A stretch of DNA of 64,000 nt from the NCBI GenBank assembly GCA_050952625.1, contig JBMNLH010000007.1:1-64000 (forward strand), in the 5' to 3' direction. This document shows, piece by piece, positions 7,839-21,023 of this stretch; position 1 is the first letter of the stretch; each line of letters opens with the position of its first letter. Source of the stretch: Bacillota bacterium. GTDB taxonomy: Bacteria; Bacillota; Ch66; Ch109. Both the position numbers and the translations under genes were made by a program. Below the pieces are notes generated by a model. It ran no database searches and was not told the DNA's origin. It saw only the letters and a program-made list of their open reading frames with translations.

Positions 7839-8690
7839 TTAACCTGTCTCCGGATCCCGGTCGGGCTGTAAAAAATCCACCAACTCGTCAACAGTTAACA
7901 CGTCCCAGGGGACATTAACTCCAAGCTGGCGCAGCATAGTACTCAGTTTGACTACCCGCGGGACATCCAGGCTAAGTTCCCTTAACACCTGCGTTTCTTG
8001 AAAGACTTCTGCCGGGGGGCCATCCAAGACAATTTGTCCCTGGCTCATGACGATCAGTCGATCAACTTCCACTAATTCCTCCATATGATGCGTTATCAAA
8101 ATAATCGTCACTCCGGCTTCCTGATTTAGCTGCTTGAGGGTCCTCATAACCTCTTGCCGCCCGGCCGGATCAAGCATCGAAGTAGGCTCATCCAGGACCA
8201 AATACCGAGGTTGCATGGCTAACGCACCGCTGATGGCGACCCGCTGCTTCTGCCCCCCGGAAAGGTGATGCGGTGCCCTTTTTTCGTAACCCGCCATCCC
8301 AACCTGATTCAGCACTTGATTTACCCGGCGACAAATCTCAGCCGGCGGTATCCCTAGATTTTCTGGGCCAAACGCCACTTCCTCTTCAATTACCGGGGCG
8401 ACGATCTGGTTATCGGGATTGGCGAAAACCATTCCGACCCGCTGCCGAATCTCCCAGACTAGTTCACTTTCCCGACTATCTCGACCATCGACCACCACCT
8501 GACCTTCCCCCGGCCTGGGAATTAGGAGCGCGTTAAAATGTTTCGCCAGGGTTGACTTACCTGAGCCGTTTCGACCGGCAATCCCGATAAACTCTCCTTC
8601 ATTGATCTTCAGACTAACTCGATCCAGAGCCTTAATGGTCTCCCCACTAGCGGTTTGATACTGGTGGGATAAATTAATGACTTCGATCAT
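7839..8690 (-). CDS. ecfA1: ECF transporter ATPase A1
   Basis: GRNGSGKST, NPDNQIV, LSGGQKQRVAI, LDEPTSMLDP. Confidence 0.95.
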   Translation of the reverse strand: MIEVINLSHQYQTASGETIKALDRVSLKINEGEFIGIAGRNGSGKSTLAKHFNALLIPRPGEGQVVVDGRDSRESELVWEIRQRVGMVFANPDNQIVAPVIEEEVAFGPENLGIPPAEICRRVNQVLNQVGMAGYEKRAPHHLSGGQKQRVAISGALAMQPRYLVLDEPTSMLDPAGRQEVMRTLKQLNQEAGVTIILITHHMEELVEVDRLIVMSQGQIVLDGPPAEVFQETQVLRELSLDVPRVVKLSTMLRQLGVNVPWDVLTVDELVDFLQPDRDPETG

Positions 8691-8749
8691 CTTGCTCCAC
8701 CCTATTGATAAATTCCAACAGATTAATACCCTCTATATAATTACCATAA

Positions 8750-8819
8750 ACAAAATATTAAAGCCAGGAAGTTGTAAGCCCACCCCGATATTATGGGGGT
8801 TTCCTTAACTTCCCGGCTT
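8750..8819 (-). terminator. Long stem-loop after rplQ, probable terminator of the alpha operon
   Basis: AAGCCAGGAAGTT...AACTTCCCGGCTT inverted repeat with inner CCCC/GGGG stem, AT-rich tail. Confidence 0.6.
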
Positions 8820-8843
8820 GCCCCGGTTCTTACCGCTTCACCA

Positions 8844-9182
8844 CTATACCAGTTCCAAGATCGCCATCGGAGCCCCATCACCCCGACGAAACCCGGTTTT
8901 AATCATCCGAGTGTAACCACCAGACCGCTCAGCATACTTGGGAGCCAAGTTTTCAAATAATTTGGTGACTACATCTTCATCAGTAAGAAAGGCTAATGCC
9001 TGACGACGGGCATGTAAATCTCCACGTTTACCAAGCGTTATCATCTTATTAGCCAGCCGGGTTAATTCCTTAGCCCGGGTTTCGGTTGTTTCGATGCGTT
9101 CCTCCCTAAGTAGGGAAGTAACTCCATTGCGTAGCATCGCCCGGCGGTGAGCTGACAATAGACCCAACCTTCGATAGCCCAT
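8844..9182 (-). CDS. rplQ: 50S ribosomal protein L17
   Basis: MGYRRLG...HRRAMLRN...[10 protein letters not shown]...GGYTRM; start moved to the ATG after SD GGGGAGG. Confidence 0.97.
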   Translation of the reverse strand: MGYRRLGLLSAHRRAMLRNGVTSLLREERIETTETRAKELTRLANKMITLGKRGDLHARRQALAFLTDEDVVTKLFENLAPKYAERSGGYTRMIKTGFRRGDGAPMAILELV

Positions 9183-9204
9183 CCAGTTTTCCTCCCCGTA
9201 TCGA

Positions 9205-10152
9205 TTATTCGTTAGCTCGACGGAGGGCAAGTCCCAACTCCGCTAATTTTTTGTCAACTTCTTCTAACGACTTCTTCCCTAGATTGCGAACCTTCATCAT
9301 ATCTTCGACGTTTTTCTGCACTAATTCACCCACAGTATTGATGCCAGCCCTTTTTAAGCAGTTGAAGGAGCGTACGGAGAGATCAAGTTCTTCTATGGTC
9401 ATATCCAAAACCCGGTCCCGCGGTTCCTCTTCCTTGACCACCATGGTTTCGACATCACTTACGGTGTCGGTCAGGCCGATAAAGAGACGCAGGTGATCGC
9501 TTAAAATCTTGGCCGCCAGACTAGTGGCTTCCTTAGGGTTAATGCTGCCATCGGTCCAGACCTCCAGGGTTAACCGGTCATAGTCGGTAATTTGACCAAC
9601 TCGGGTATTCTCAACGTTATAGTTTACTTTGGTTACCGGGCTGAAAATAGAATCTATCGGAATAACCCCGATCACGTGATCTGATTTCTTATTCCGTTCA
9701 GCCGAAACATAACCGCGCCCTTTTTCGACAGTTAATTCCATAAATAGCCTTCCTTCGGTACTAACCGTAGCAATGTGCAAATCTGGATTTAAGATGTCTA
9801 CATCTGAATCCGCGATAATGTCGCCGGCTTTTACTTCTCCCTCACCCGATGCTTCTACCCGCAAAACCTTATTCTCGTCCGAATAGACCTTCAGCCGCAA
9901 GCCCTTTAGGTTAAGAATAATATCAGTTGTGTCCTCAACCACCCCTGGTATAGTCGAAAACTCATGCAACACCCCGTCAATCTTGACCGAAGTAACCGCG
10001 GCCCCTGGTAAAGAGGAAAGAAGAACCCGACGCAAGGAATTGCCTAAAGTAATTCCATAGCCTCTTTCCAGCGGCTCAATGACAAATCTTCCATAGCGAT
10101 CATCTTCGCTTTTTTCCACACATTCGATTCTTGGCTTTTCGATTTCCAGCAT
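9205..10152 (-). CDS. rpoA: RNA polymerase alpha subunit
   Basis: [36 protein letters not shown]. Confidence 0.99.
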   Translation of the reverse strand: MLEIEKPRIECVEKSEDDRYGRFVIEPLERGYGITLGNSLRRVLLSSLPGAAVTSVKIDGVLHEFSTIPGVVEDTTDIILNLKGLRLKVYSDENKVLRVEASGEGEVKAGDIIADSDVDILNPDLHIATVSTEGRLFMELTVEKGRGYVSAERNKKSDHVIGVIPIDSIFSPVTKVNYNVENTRVGQITDYDRLTLEVWTDGSINPKEATSLAAKILSDHLRLFIGLTDTVSDVETMVVKEEEPRDRVLDMTIEELDLSVRSFNCLKRAGINTVGELVQKNVEDMMKVRNLGKKSLEEVDKKLAELGLALRRANE

Positions 10153-10213
10153 TAGAAGCCAACCCTCCTTCTCCCGAACTCGACAACCTTTCTATTGGCC
10201 GGCTTTAACGTAC

Positions 10214-10840
10214 CTAACGTGAATACAACTCGACAATCAAGGTTTCCTGAATAGGCACGTCAATGTGTTCACGAGAGGGCAGACTCAGAACCCGGCCCTG
10301 TGCTTGGTCAAGGTTTAATTCTAGCCAAGCTGGAGGGGTTTTGTGCTTAGCCGCTTCTAAGTTCTCTTTAATTAAAGGAGATTCTAGACTTCGCTCTCGA
10401 ATAGTCAGCAAATCGCCCTCGCGCAAAATCATTGAGGGAATGTTTGCCTTATGGCCATTTAAACGGAAGTGGCCATGCCGCACCATTTGTCGAGCTTGAT
10501 TACGTGAACTAGCAAAACCCAGACGGAAAACCACATTATCCAAACGTCTTTCCAGGAGAGATAAGAGGTTTTCCCCGGTTATCCCGGGCATGCGATCAGC
10601 CCGGTCAAAATAATTACGGAACTGTCTTTCCAGTACGCCATAAATCCGGCGCGCTTTTTGCTTCTCACGCAACTGCAGTCCGTATTCGGAAGGCTTTTTA
10701 CCCCGCGCCTGTCCATGTTGACCGGGTGGATAGCTCCGTCGGTCAAGCGTACACTTTTCGTAACAGCGATCACCCTTTAGGAATAACTTGTTGCCTTCCC
10801 GACGGCACAGCCGACAAACTGCACCGGTATATCTAGCCAT
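10214..10840 (-). CDS. rpsD: 30S ribosomal protein S4 (Cys/Zn form)
   Basis: [31 protein letters not shown]. Confidence 0.99.
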   Translation of the reverse strand: MARYTGAVCRLCRREGNKLFLKGDRCYEKCTLDRRSYPPGQHGQARGKKPSEYGLQLREKQKARRIYGVLERQFRNYFDRADRMPGITGENLLSLLERRLDNVVFRLGFASSRNQARQMVRHGHFRLNGHKANIPSMILREGDLLTIRERSLESPLIKENLEAAKHKTPPAWLELNLDQAQGRVLSLPSREHIDVPIQETLIVELYSR

Positions 10841-10855
10841 TTTTTACCACACCTC

Positions 10856-11245
10856 CTAGACTCTTCTCCGTTTCGGGGGTCGGCAGCCATTATGCGGAAT
10901 CGGAGTTACGTCTTTAATCATATTTACGTTAATTCCAGCTGCCTGCAGCGAACGAATAGCGGCTTCCCTTCCCGATCCTGGACCCTTCACGAAACACTCG
11001 ACTTCTTTAACCCCATGCTCCATCGCCGCCCGGGCGGCTGCGTCCGCGGCTAATTGAGCGGCAAACGGAGTACTTTTCCGCGAACCTTTGAAACCCTGAG
11101 CACCGGCACTGGCACAGGAAATTGTATTTCCAGCGGTATCGGTAATCGTGATAATCGTATTATTAAAGGTTGACCGGATATGGGCCACACCCTTATCTAT
11201 GTTTTTCCGCTCTTTTCGTTTTACCCGGGTAACTCTTCGCGCCAA
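10856..11245 (-). CDS. rpsK: 30S ribosomal protein S11
   Basis: [41 protein letters not shown]. Confidence 0.99.
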   Translation of the reverse strand: MARRVTRVKRKERKNIDKGVAHIRSTFNNTIITITDTAGNTISCASAGAQGFKGSRKSTPFAAQLAADAAARAAMEHGVKEVECFVKGPGSGREAAIRSLQAAGINVNMIKDVTPIPHNGCRPPKRRRV

Positions 11246-11261
11246 CTTTATCCCCCCTTAC

Positions 11262-11633
11262 CTACTTTTTACGTCTTACGCCAACAGTTTTCTTCGGCCC
11301 TTTACGGGTCCGGGCGTTAGTCTTTGTCCGTTGTCCGCGCACCGGCATGCCCCGACGATGCCGAATTCCCCGATAACAACTGATCTCAATTAACCGCTTG
11401 ATATTAAGCGACACCTCTCGCCGCAAATCGCCTTCTAGCTTATATTCCTTGGCCAAGATGTCTCTTAAGCGTGCGATCTCCTCTTCGGTCAGGTCACGCA
11501 CTCGGGTGTCCGCGTTGATTGCTGTGTCCTTTAGAATTTTGCGTGAAGTAGGCCGGCCAATCCCATAGATATAAGTAAGAGCTACCTCTACCCGTTTATC
11601 TCGGGGCAGGTCCACACCCGCGATTCTTGCCAT
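11262..11633 (-). CDS. rpsM: 30S ribosomal protein S13
   Basis: [26 protein letters not shown]. Confidence 0.99.
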   Translation of the reverse strand: MARIAGVDLPRDKRVEVALTYIYGIGRPTSRKILKDTAINADTRVRDLTEEEIARLRDILAKEYKLEGDLRREVSLNIKRLIEISCYRGIRHRRGMPVRGQRTKTNARTRKGPKKTVGVRRKK

Positions 11634-11650
11634 ACTTTTTACACCTCCGT

Positions 11651-11809
<159 letters not shown>

Positions 11810-11842
11810 CTAAGGGTAAAATGAATTATATAAATTACCTAA

Positions 11843-12061
11843 TTACTTAAAACGATAAGTTATCCGCCCTCGAGTCAGGTCATACGGAGAAAGCTCAACG
11901 GTGACCCGATCCCCCGGCAGGATTCGGATAAAATTCATACGGATTTTGCCGGAAACATGAGCCAATACCTTATGACCATTCTGAAGTTCTACCCGGAACA
12001 TGGCATTTGGTAGCGGCTCAATGACCGTACCTTCCACTTCTATCACGTCATCTTTTGCCAT
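11843..12061 (-). CDS. infA: Translation initiation factor IF-1
   Basis: [11 protein letters not shown]...[10 protein letters not shown]...[13 protein letters not shown]. Confidence 0.98.
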   Translation of the reverse strand: MAKDDVIEVEGTVIEPLPNAMFRVELQNGHKVLAHVSGKIRMNFIRILPGDRVTVELSPYDLTRGRITYRFK

Positions 12062-12377
12062 CGGGTTTGTCAACCTCCTTGCTCCCCCAATCACATTCCA
12101 GGATTGCTCTCAAATCAGCGATTGCTTTCTGTACCTCAGAGTTGGTGAGCCGCTTATTACTGCTTAGTTTCTCAGCAATTTCCCACGCTATCTGACCTGT
12201 ACTCAAGATATGCTTAGCATTTTTTCGCTTTGGGTTGCTAATTCTTCGGGTTCCTCCGTCAACCAGTTTCAGAAATGAGCCAAGCTCTAAGGCGATAACC
12301 AGATAAAAGCGTCCTTTATCGCGGCCGGCCCGAGAACATACAAGTTCTCCAATTTGAAACTCTCCAGAGGTAGCCAA
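12048..12377 (-). CDS. KOW-domain RNA-binding protein (L14E-like)
   Basis: [18 protein letters not shown]...[16 protein letters not shown]; usual position between map and infA; start approximate. Confidence 0.85.
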   Translation of the reverse strand: MATSGEFQIGELVCSRAGRDKGRFYLVIALELGSFLKLVDGGTRRISNPKRKNAKHILSTGQIAWEIAEKLSSNKRLTNSEVQKAIADLRAILECDWGSKEVDKPDGKR

Positions 12378-12397
12378 AGTCTCACCTCCCCGTATCA

Positions 12398-13144
12398 TCA
12401 GAGTTTGGTCAGAATCTCCGGACCCTTCTGGGTAATGGCTATAGTATGTTCAAAATGGGCCGATAATTGGCGATCCTGGGTAACTACGGTCCAATTGTCA
12501 AGTTTAACCGATACTTCATGTGTTCCCATATTGATCATTGGTTCGATAGCTAGCGTTAACCCAGCTTTTAAACGCGGTCCCCTTCCAGGCGGGCCATAAT
12601 TTGGCACTTGAGGCGGCTCATGCATTTTTCGTCCGATCCCGTGTCCTACATAGTCTCGGACCACTGAAAAACCCTGACTTTCGGCATAGGTTTGAATCGC
12701 ATGGGAAATGTCTGAAAGCCGGTTCCCTTCAACTGCTTGCTCAATCCCTCGCATTAGCGATTCCTGGGTTACATCCAGCAATCGTTGGGCCTCGCTGCTT
12801 ATGTCGCCAACGGGCAAGGTTACCGCTGCGTCACCATGAAATCCCTTGACAATCGCGCCAATGTCAATACCAATAATATCACCATTTTCTAGTTTCCTTA
12901 AACCTGGAATTCCATGAACTACCTCCTCGTTAATCGAGGTACAGATATTAGCTGGAAAACCTCCATAGCCTTTAAAGGCAGCAATCGCTCCTTTACGTGC
13001 CAGGTAGTTTTGCGCTATCTGGTCTAATTCCTGAGTGGTTACCCCGGGGGCCACTGCTTTGGCTATTTCACGGTGCGTTTCCGCAACTACCCGGCCGGCT
13101 TCTTTCATGCAGGCAATTTCACGGTCAGATTTAAGGATAATCAT
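12398..13144 (-). CDS. map: Methionine aminopeptidase type I
   Basis: [32 protein letters not shown]. Confidence 0.98.
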   Translation of the reverse strand: MIILKSDREIACMKEAGRVVAETHREIAKAVAPGVTTQELDQIAQNYLARKGAIAAFKGYGGFPANICTSINEEVVHGIPGLRKLENGDIIGIDIGAIVKGFHGDAAVTLPVGDISSEAQRLLDVTQESLMRGIEQAVEGNRLSDISHAIQTYAESQGFSVVRDYVGHGIGRKMHEPPQVPNYGPPGRGPRLKAGLTLAIEPMINMGTHEVSVKLDNWTVVTQDRQLSAHFEHTIAITQKGPEILTKL

Positions 13145-13168
13145 ACTAATTCGCTCCCAGTTTTAGTT

Positions 13169-13819
<651 letters not shown>

Positions 13820-13910
13820 TCACTCCCATGGATTTTGCGGCAATATCCATCTCATCTTAAACGATCTGCTTATTACACTGCTAGATTTACACTTTTCTCC
13901 TGCTTCAACC

Positions 13911-15188
13911 CTATTTCATAAACCCCTGATAGCTTCGAAGAAGGAGATGAGATTCAATCTGTTTCATGGTTTCCAGGGCTACTCCAACTACAATTAGCAA
14001 TGCTGTACCGCCAAACCAGATGCTGGTTATCTTAGTTATGGCAATAACGAAATTGGGCAGTATGGCAATCAAGGCCAGAAAAACCGCTCCGGCCAAGGTT
14101 ACCCGGTTTAATATCCGTTCAATATACTCTGAAGTTGGTCGACCTGGTCGAATTCCAGGAATAAATCCGCCATATTTCTTTAAGTTATCCGCTACATCTA
14201 CTGGGTTAAAGGTAACCGCAGTATAAAAGTAGGTAAAGAAAATAATCAACAGAGCATAAACAATGTTATACGGGACAGTTCCAAAATTAAAATATTGGTC
14301 GATGAAGTTGGTAAACCAACCGGGACTCATCCAGGACGCAATGGTGGCTGGGAACATCATAATCGACATGGCAAAAATAACTGGAATAACCCCAGCTTGA
14401 TTCACCTTTAAAGGAAGATGCGTTGATTGACCCCCATAAACTCGTCGTCCAACGACTCTTTTGGCATACTGAACCGGAATACGACGCTGACCTTCATGCA
14501 TGGCCACTACTGCAGCAATAACTGCCAGGGCGATAATAACTAACAGCAAAACGTTAAAAATATTGACCGTACCCGCTTTCAGGTATTCAAAAATAGAGAC
14601 TAAACCTGAAGGAACCCGGGCGACAATTCCAGCGAAAATGATTAAGGAAATCCCATTACCAATTCCTTTTTCCGTTATCAATTCGCCAATCCACATTAAG
14701 AATGCTGTTCCGGCAGTTAAGGTTATTGCGATTGCCAAATATGACCATATCCCGGGATTTATCACGGCAGTCATTCCGTCAATTTGATAACGACCTAACG
14801 CAATTGACATCCCCATAGCCTGGATAAAGCCAAGCACGACGGTTCCATAACGAATATACTGCTGGATCTTCTTGCGGCCTTCTTCCCCTTCTTTTTGCAA
14901 TTGCTCCAGCTTGGGAATAACCACGGTCAGCAGTTGCATGATAATGGAGGCGTTGATATACGGGGTTATACTCATGGCAAAGACCGTAAATCGTTTAAAG
15001 GCACCTCCGGAAATCACGTCAAAAAAGCCAAACAGCTGCCCTTGCATTAACTGAGCAATCACATCTGTATTCATTCCAGGTACTGGAACATGGGCACCAA
15101 TCCGGAATATTAAAAACATCATTAGGGTAAAAACAATTTTTTGCCGTAGATCTGCCAGTTTCCAGGCAGTCTTTAGGGTGTCCAGCAC
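13911..15188 (-). CDS. secY: Preprotein translocase SecY
   Basis: ITPYINASII, GIGNGISLIIF, FIPGIRPG, GGTALLIVVGV. Confidence 0.99.
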   Translation of the reverse strand: MLDTLKTAWKLADLRQKIVFTLMMFLIFRIGAHVPVPGMNTDVIAQLMQGQLFGFFDVISGGAFKRFTVFAMSITPYINASIIMQLLTVVIPKLEQLQKEGEEGRKKIQQYIRYGTVVLGFIQAMGMSIALGRYQIDGMTAVINPGIWSYLAIAITLTAGTAFLMWIGELITEKGIGNGISLIIFAGIVARVPSGLVSIFEYLKAGTVNIFNVLLLVIIALAVIAAVVAMHEGQRRIPVQYAKRVVGRRVYGGQSTHLPLKVNQAGVIPVIFAMSIMMFPATIASWMSPGWFTNFIDQYFNFGTVPYNIVYALLIIFFTYFYTAVTFNPVDVADNLKKYGGFIPGIRPGRPTSEYIERILNRVTLAGAVFLALIAILPNFVIAITKITSIWFGGTALLIVVGVALETMKQIESHLLLRSYQGFMK

Positions 15189-15629
15189 CTATATCACCTC
15201 GACTTTACCTCCGGCGGACGTAATCTTTTCCGCTGCCGCTTGACTGATGGCATTAACCTTAACGGTTAGTACCTTTTCCAGGTCGCCTTGACCCAGGATT
15301 TTCACCCCATCGCCAAACTGTTTTATTAAACCGGCCTCTTTTAAGGCCTCCGGGGTAACTACTGTTCCATTATCAAATCGATTTAATTGTCCGACATTAA
15401 CTATTACTATTTCTTTTCGCCATTTATTGTTGAAACCCCGTTTGGGAACCCGCCGCTGCAAAGGCATCTGACCGCCTTCGAATCCGCGGCGAACTCCGCC
15501 GCCTGACCGCGCCTTCTGACCTTTGTGCCCCCGGCCGGCTGTTTTACCTAACCCAGAGCCAATCCCTTGCCCCTTTCGAGTGCGTGGTGTTCGAGATCCG
15601 GGTGCGGGTTTAAGTTCGTGTAGTTTCAT
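15189..15629 (-). CDS. rplO: 50S ribosomal protein L15
   Basis: [23 protein letters not shown]. Confidence 0.99.
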   Translation of the reverse strand: MKLHELKPAPGSRTPRTRKGQGIGSGLGKTAGRGHKGQKARSGGGVRRGFEGGQMPLQRRVPKRGFNNKWRKEIVIVNVGQLNRFDNGTVVTPEALKEAGLIKQFGDGVKILGQGDLEKVLTVKVNAISQAAAEKITSAGGKVEVI

Positions 15630-15700
15630 TTAGCTGGCACCTAGCTGACGTTTATTTAACTAATTAATCAGACCAGGTACTTCCTCCCTTCGCTACCGAC

Positions 15701-15886
15701 TTACTCTACCTCTTCGACTGAAACCAAATGGGAAATTTTTCGCACCATCCCGCGAATCTCCGGGGTGTCCGTATGAATAACAAAATTATTGAGCTTTCTC
15801 AATCCCAGGCTTTGAATTACCCGCTTTTGGGCCTCAGGATAGCCGATTCCGCTCTTTTTCAAAGTTACTTTTAGCTTTTGGGCCAA
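15701..15886 (-). CDS. rpmD: 50S ribosomal protein L30
   Basis: LKVTLKKSGIG...LGLRK...IRGMV; spc operon position. Confidence 0.95.
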   Translation of the reverse strand: MAQKLKVTLKKSGIGYPEAQKRVIQSLGLRKLNNFVIHTDTPEIRGMVRKISHLVSVEEVE

Positions 15887-15898
15887 TTCCCTCGCCTC

Positions 15899-16405
15899 CT
15901 AGCGCAACTCTTCAACCGTTTTTCCTCGAAGTCTAGCTACCTCCTCCGGCCTCTTTAAAGACTGCAAGCCCTGGACCGTAGCATTAACCATATTATTAGC
16001 ATTGGATGAACCCAGAGATTTGGTGAGAATATCCTTAACCCCAGCCGCTTCTAAAACAGCTCGCACCGGGCCGCCGGCAATAACCCCGGTACCTGGTGAA
16101 GCTGGCTTCAGCATCACCGCGCCGGCACCAAATCGTCCTAAAATCTCGTGGGGAATCGTGCTGCCAATCATTGGGACCTCGATTAAATTCTTCTTGGCAT
16201 CCTCGATTCCTTTCCGAATCGCCTCTGGCACTTCTTGAGCCTTGCCTAGGCCGGCCCCAACCCGACCCTTACCATCACCGACTACCACCAGAGCACTAAA
16301 TCTAAACCGACGTCCCCCTTTAACAACCTTGGCCACTCGATTAACGTACACCACTTTTTCGGTGAATTCATCTTGTGCTTTCGGTTCCATTCCCGCTCGC
16401 GCCAT
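15899..16405 (-). CDS. rpsE: 30S ribosomal protein S5
   Basis: [21 protein letters not shown]. Confidence 0.99.
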   Translation of the reverse strand: MARAGMEPKAQDEFTEKVVYVNRVAKVVKGGRRFRFSALVVVGDGKGRVGAGLGKAQEVPEAIRKGIEDAKKNLIEVPMIGSTIPHEILGRFGAGAVMLKPASPGTGVIAGGPVRAVLEAAGVKDILTKSLGSSNANNMVNATVQGLQSLKRPEEVARLRGKTVEELR

Positions 16406-16429
16406 GGATCTTTGTATCCCCCCTCGCCT

Positions 16430-16792
16430 TTAAAACTGCAGTCCAGCTTCCCGTGCCGCATCGGCCAAAGCTGCGACTCGTCCATGATATAAATTGCCGC
16501 CTCGGTCAAATACCACTGCGGTTATTCCTTGTTCTAGTGCCCGCTGCGCAATTAGGGTGCCGACTTTTTTAGCCGCTTCAATGTTTCCGCCATAATCTCC
16601 CCGTAAAGCTGAATCTAGAGTGGAAGCGGACACCAGAGTTGTTCCGGTAGTGTCATTGATAACCTGAGCGTAAATATGCTTTAAGCTGCGAAATACGCAA
16701 AGGCGAGGCATGTTCGCGGTGCCGGCCAGCCGTCGGCGCACCCGCAAGTGTTTCCTCCTCCGGATTTCTTTGCGGTCAATCTTCGTAAGCAA
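16430..16792 (-). CDS. rplR: 50S ribosomal protein L18
   Basis: [28 protein letters not shown]; start set at TTG after SD. Confidence 0.97.
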   Translation of the reverse strand: MLTKIDRKEIRRRKHLRVRRRLAGTANMPRLCVFRSLKHIYAQVINDTTGTTLVSASTLDSALRGDYGGNIEAAKKVGTLIAQRALEQGITAVVFDRGGNLYHGRVAALADAAREAGLQF

Positions 16793-16816
16793 TCTTCTGT
16801 CACTCCCTTCAGGCAA

Positions 16817-17365
16817 CTACTTTCGGCCCTTAACTCCACTCTTGCCTGCTTTACGACGAATAACTTCGCCTTCGTAGCGAATTCCTTTACCCTTGTAAGG
16901 TTCCGGTTTACGACTAGCCCGAATAACCGCCGCTAGGGCACCCACCTTTTCCTTATCAATCCCCTTGACAATTATTCGGTTAGGAGTTGGCACCTCAATC
17001 TCCATCCCCGCCTCCGGTTCAAACTCCACTGGGTGAGCATAGCCTAAGGTAAGGACTAGCTTATTCCCCTGTTTAGCCGCCCGGTAACCGACCCCGGATA
17101 TTTCCAATACTTTTTGGTATCCTTTGGTTACCCCGTCTACCATATTAGCCACCAGAGTTCGGGTTAGACCATGCATAGAACGATGTATTTTTTCATCTGA
17201 CGGCCGGCTAACGGTTAAAGTTTTATCTTCTATATTTAATTGCATATCCTTGGGGATTTGCCGAGCTAACTTTCCTTTTGGTCCTTGGACCGTAACCAGG
17301 TTGCCTTCAATCTTAATCTCCACCCCGTCCGGGATGGGAATAGGCCTTCTGCCAATTCTAGACAA
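16817..17365 (-). CDS. rplF: 50S ribosomal protein L6
   Basis: [25 protein letters not shown]. Confidence 0.99.
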   Translation of the reverse strand: MSRIGRRPIPIPDGVEIKIEGNLVTVQGPKGKLARQIPKDMQLNIEDKTLTVSRPSDEKIHRSMHGLTRTLVANMVDGVTKGYQKVLEISGVGYRAAKQGNKLVLTLGYAHPVEFEPEAGMEIEVPTPNRIIVKGIDKEKVGALAAVIRASRKPEPYKGKGIRYEGEVIRRKAGKSGVKGRK

Positions 17366-17377
17366 CTACTACACCTC

Positions 17378-17776
17378 CTACCAGACATAACAGATGACTT
17401 CGCCACCCAGGCCTAATTTGCGGGCTTGCCGATCTGTCATGATTCCCTTCGAGGTAGAGATTAGCGCAATCCCTAATCCACCGAGTACCCGGGGTATTTC
17501 GTCCTTTTTAGCGTAAACCCTAAGACCGGGTTTGCTGATTCGTTTTAGTCCCGTAATCACCCGCGCTTTATTCGGGCCATACTTGAGGTACAAACGAATT
17601 ATGCCCTGCTTACCATCTTCAATGTATTCAAAATCGCGGATATACCCTTCTTGCTTAAAAATCTCTACCATTGCCCGCTTGGACCTGGAAGCCGGTATCT
17701 CTACCTTTTCATGGTAAACGATATTAGCGTTACGGATTCGGGTAAGTAAATCCGCAATCGGGTCCGTCATGACCAT
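17378..17776 (-). CDS. rpsH: 30S ribosomal protein S8
   Basis: [23 protein letters not shown]. Confidence 0.99.
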   Translation of the reverse strand: MVMTDPIADLLTRIRNANIVYHEKVEIPASRSKRAMVEIFKQEGYIRDFEYIEDGKQGIIRLYLKYGPNKARVITGLKRISKPGLRVYAKKDEIPRVLGGLGIALISTSKGIMTDRQARKLGLGGEVICYVW

Positions 17777-17798
17777 GTCCTTACCTCCTTAACCGCTC

Positions 17799-17984
17799 TT
17801 ACCAACTGGCCTTGGTGACCCCAGGGATCTCGCCCCGATAGGCCAGAGTCCGGAAACAAATCCGGCAGATCCCAAACTTGCGCATATAGGCGTGGGGACG
17901 GCCACATAATTTGCATCGGTTGTAAGACCGGGCACTAAATTTTGGGGGGCGCTGCTGTCTGGCTATCATTGATTTCTTCGCCAC
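17799..17984 (-). CDS. rpsN: 30S ribosomal protein S14 type Z
   Basis: 61 aa, RCKLCGR...ICRIC...IPGVTKASW. Confidence 0.98.
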   Translation of the reverse strand: MAKKSMIARQQRPPKFSARSYNRCKLCGRPHAYMRKFGICRICFRTLAYRGEIPGVTKASW

Positions 17985-18014
17985 TCTTTTCCCTCCTTTA
18001 GGTTAAATTCCCGG

Positions 18015-18557
18015 TTAACCCTCCCTAAAAGGCATTCCCATCAAACGCAACAATTCACGCGCTTCTTCGTCATTCTTAGCGGTGGTTACCATGACGATAT
18101 CCATCCCGCGCAATTTATCAATCTTATCATATTCAATCTCGGGAAATATCAATTGTTCCCGCAGACCCAAGGTATAGTTGCCTCGACCATCAAAAGACCT
18201 GGCTGATACCCCACGAAAATCTCGGACCCTCGGTAGGGCGACATTAAGCAGCTTGTCAACAAACTCATACATCCGATCGCCGCGCAGGGTGATCTTGCAA
18301 CCAACTGACATCCCGGCTCTGAGTTTAAAGCTGGCAATAGACTTCTTGGCTTTAGTGACTACCGGTTTCTGACCGGTAATGCGGGTCAGGTCCCCTACCG
18401 CTGCATCCAAGGCCTTGGGATTCTGAATAGCCTCGCCCACTCCCATATTCACAACCACTTTTTCAAGCCTGGGTATCTGCATTACGTTGCGATAGCCAAA
18501 TTTTTTCATCATGGCTGGTGCAACTTCATTCTTATACTTATCCTTTAGTCTGGGCAT
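18015..18557 (-). CDS. rplE: 50S ribosomal protein L5
   Basis: [22 protein letters not shown]. Confidence 0.99.
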   Translation of the reverse strand: MPRLKDKYKNEVAPAMMKKFGYRNVMQIPRLEKVVVNMGVGEAIQNPKALDAAVGDLTRITGQKPVVTKAKKSIASFKLRAGMSVGCKITLRGDRMYEFVDKLLNVALPRVRDFRGVSARSFDGRGNYTLGLREQLIFPEIEYDKIDKLRGMDIVMVTTAKNDEEARELLRLMGMPFREG

Positions 18558-18577
18558 GACTGTCCTCCCTTCTGGCC

Positions 18578-18922
18578 CTAATCATCAATAATTTCCCCAC
18601 ACCGTTTACAGGCTCGCTTCTGCTTGCCATCAACTAACTTTTTCGCGATGCGGGTCGGCTGCTGACATTTGCTGCACACCAGCATAACGTTGGAACTGGC
18701 GATAGTTCCCTCCTTCTCGATTATGCCTCCCTGCGGTAAGGCACGGGTGGGACGGGTATGTCGCTTGGTTATATTTACCCCTTCCACTATCAGCCGTCCG
18801 GTAGTCGGGTTAACGCTGACTACCTTGCCCCTTTTGGCAGCATCTTTCCCGGTTAAGACCAGCACGGTATCATTTTTCCGAACGTGGATCTTACCAGCCT
18901 TTATCTTTTTGGCCTTATTCAA
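18578..18922 (-). CDS. rplX: 50S ribosomal protein L24
   Basis: [31 protein letters not shown]; start approximate. Confidence 0.97.
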   Translation of the reverse strand: MNKAKKIKAGKIHVRKNDTVLVLTGKDAAKRGKVVSVNPTTGRLIVEGVNITKRHTRPTRALPQGGIIEKEGTIASSNVMLVCSKCQQPTRIAKKLVDGKQKRACKRCGEIIDD

Positions 18923-19011
18923 GCCTTTCACCTCCATGCCTGCCTAGCCATCAAATGTTAGGCATTGGATGCTGGATATTAATTTTTTGTTCAGTTCAAA
19001 CGCTCATTAGC

Positions 19012-19380
19012 TTACAAAACTTCCGGAGCTAGGGAAACAATTTTCATAAATTCCCTTTCTCGCAGTTCACGAGCTACTGGACCAAAAATCCGGGTCCCAC
19101 GCGGGTTGTTCTGGTCATTAATTATAACTGCCGCATTTTCACTAAATTTAATATATGACCCATCGTTCCGTCGAATCTCTTTGCGCGTTCGGACGACCAC
19201 GGCCCGAACTACTTCTCCTTTTTTCACTACGCCGCCGGGCGAAGCCTCCTTAACCGAAGCTATGATTACATCCCCCACGGAAGCGTAGCGGCGAAACGAT
19301 CCACCCAGAACCCGAATACACATCAGCTTTTTTGCTCCGGTGTTATCTCCCACTCGGAGCAATGTTTGTGGTTGGATCAC
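19012..19380 (-). CDS. rplN: 50S ribosomal protein L14
   Basis: [26 protein letters not shown]. Confidence 0.99.
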   Translation of the reverse strand: MIQPQTLLRVGDNTGAKKLMCIRVLGGSFRRYASVGDVIIASVKEASPGGVVKKGEVVRAVVVRTRKEIRRNDGSYIKFSENAAVIINDQNNPRGTRIFGPVARELREREFMKIVSLAPEVL

Positions 19381-19431
19381 CGTCAATAACCTCCTCTAAC
19401 CAGGGCTGATCACCTCGAAGTCAGGTTACCC

Positions 19432-19692
19432 TTACCTGGCCTTCTCAACTACTTCCACCACTCGCCAATTCTTATCTCGACTGAGTGGACGGGTTTCCAT
19501 GATTTTGACCACATCGCCGGTCCGGCACTGGTTATTTTCATCATGAGCCTTAAATTTTTTGCTCCGGCGAACTATCTTGCCATAAAGGGGATGACGAATC
19601 AGTGTGTCAACCGAGACCACAACGGTCTTATCCATTTTATCGCTAACTACTTTACCCACCCGGGTTTTCCGCAATCCTCTTTGTTCCACCAT
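19432..19692 (-). CDS. rpsQ: 30S ribosomal protein S17
   Basis: [23 protein letters not shown]. Confidence 0.99.
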   Translation of the reverse strand: MVEQRGLRKTRVGKVVSDKMDKTVVVSVDTLIRHPLYGKIVRRSKKFKAHDENNQCRTGDVVKIMETRPLSRDKNWRVVEVVEKAR

Positions 19693-19717
19693 AGAACCTC
19701 CTTATACCCCGCCCCTT

Positions 19718-19921
19718 CTAAGCCTGCTGGCGGGCGAGTTCCCTTTCCCGCAGAACAGTTTGAGCCCGGGCGATGTTTTTCCGTACTTCTTTAAGTCGCA
19801 TAGGATTATCTAACTGGTTGGTTGCCAGTTGAAAACGCAGGTTGAATAGTTCATCCCGAAAATCATGAATCCTACGTACTAATTCTTCATCAGTTAATTC
19901 ACGCAACTTATTAGCCTTCAC
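19718..19921 (-). CDS. rpmC: 50S ribosomal protein L29
   Basis: [15 protein letters not shown]. Confidence 0.97.
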   Translation of the reverse strand: MKANKLRELTDEELVRRIHDFRDELFNLRFQLATNQLDNPMRLKEVRKNIARAQTVLRERELARQQA

Positions 19922-20345
19922 CAACCTCACCACCCGCCTCTTCTCGTTTCACGAATTTACATTTAATAGGCAGTTTGTGGGCTGCCAGCCGCATGGCCTC
20001 CCGAGCTATCTCTTCGGATACCCCGGCTAATTCAAACATTACCCGACCTGGCTTAACCACGGCCACCCAGTATTCCGGTGCCCCTTTACCGCTGCCCATT
20101 CGAGTCTCTGCTGGTTTCGCGGTAATTGGTTTATCCGGAAAAATCTTAATCCAAACCTTACCGCCTCTTCTAATATAGCGAGTCATGGCAATCCGCGCTG
20201 CTTCAATCTGCCGGTTGGTTATCCAGGCCGGCTCCATAGCCATCAGACCATATTCGCCATACAATACGGTATTACCGCGCATCGCCTTACCGGTCATCCG
20301 ACCCCGATGTTGCCGGCGATATTTTACTCTTTTGGGTATAAGCAA
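19911..20345 (-). CDS. rplP: 50S ribosomal protein L16
   Basis: [21 protein letters not shown]. Confidence 0.99.
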   Translation of the reverse strand: MLIPKRVKYRRQHRGRMTGKAMRGNTVLYGEYGLMAMEPAWITNRQIEAARIAMTRYIRRGGKVWIKIFPDKPITAKPAETRMGSGKGAPEYWVAVVKPGRVMFELAGVSEEIAREAMRLAAHKLPIKCKFVKREEAGGEVGEG

Positions 20346-20347
20346 GC

Positions 20348-21019
20348 CTATTCTCCTCCTTCCCGAGAGGCCACCTTTGGTTGAAGTGCTTTCTGTGGTA
20401 AAATCTCTCCCCGGTAGATCCAGGTTTTTACTCCAATCTTACCATAGGTGGTATTGGCTTCCGCAAAACCATAGTCAACATCTGCCCGCAAGGTATGCAA
20501 GGGTACCTTGCCTTCTGAATACCATTCGGTCCGGGCAATTTCGGCCCCGCCTAGACGACCGGAACAGGCAATCCGGATTCCTTCGGCCCCCAGCCGCATT
20601 GAACGGGAAACCGCTTGTTTCATCGCCCGCCTGAAGGAAGTTCTTCTTTCTAGCTGGCCGGCCACATTTTCCGCGACTAGTTGCGCATCTAATTCCGGTT
20701 TTTTGATTTCCACGATATTAACGTTAATCTGTTTCCCGGTCATCCGTTCCAAATATTTACGCAGGTTCTCAACCTCTGCACCGCCTCGACCAATCACGAT
20801 CCCGGGCTTGGCGGTGTGGATGGAGACCTTGACCCGGCTAGCAGCTCTTTCAATTTCCACATTAGAGATACCCGCCGCGTAAAACCTCTTTTTGAGGTAC
20901 CTACGGATCCGAATATCTTCATGGAGGAGTTCCTTGTAGTTTTTATCCGCAAACCACCGGGAATCCCAATCTCGGATAATTCCGATCCTTAAACCCTTTG
21001 GGTGTACCTTTTGCCCCAC
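20348..21019 (-). CDS. rpsC: 30S ribosomal protein S3
   Basis: [26 protein letters not shown]. Confidence 0.99.
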   Translation of the reverse strand: MGQKVHPKGLRIGIIRDWDSRWFADKNYKELLHEDIRIRRYLKKRFYAAGISNVEIERAASRVKVSIHTAKPGIVIGRGGAEVENLRKYLERMTGKQINVNIVEIKKPELDAQLVAENVAGQLERRTSFRRAMKQAVSRSMRLGAEGIRIACSGRLGGAEIARTEWYSEGKVPLHTLRADVDYGFAEANTTYGKIGVKTWIYRGEILPQKALQPKVASREGGE

Positions 21020-21023
21020 TCGC

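Noticed and set aside
15630-15700. Strong SD (AAGGGAGG) ~50 nt upstream of rplO, suggesting a small insert
   Set aside because: A weaker AGGTG lies near the ATG and no repeat or TSD is visible; evidence too thin.
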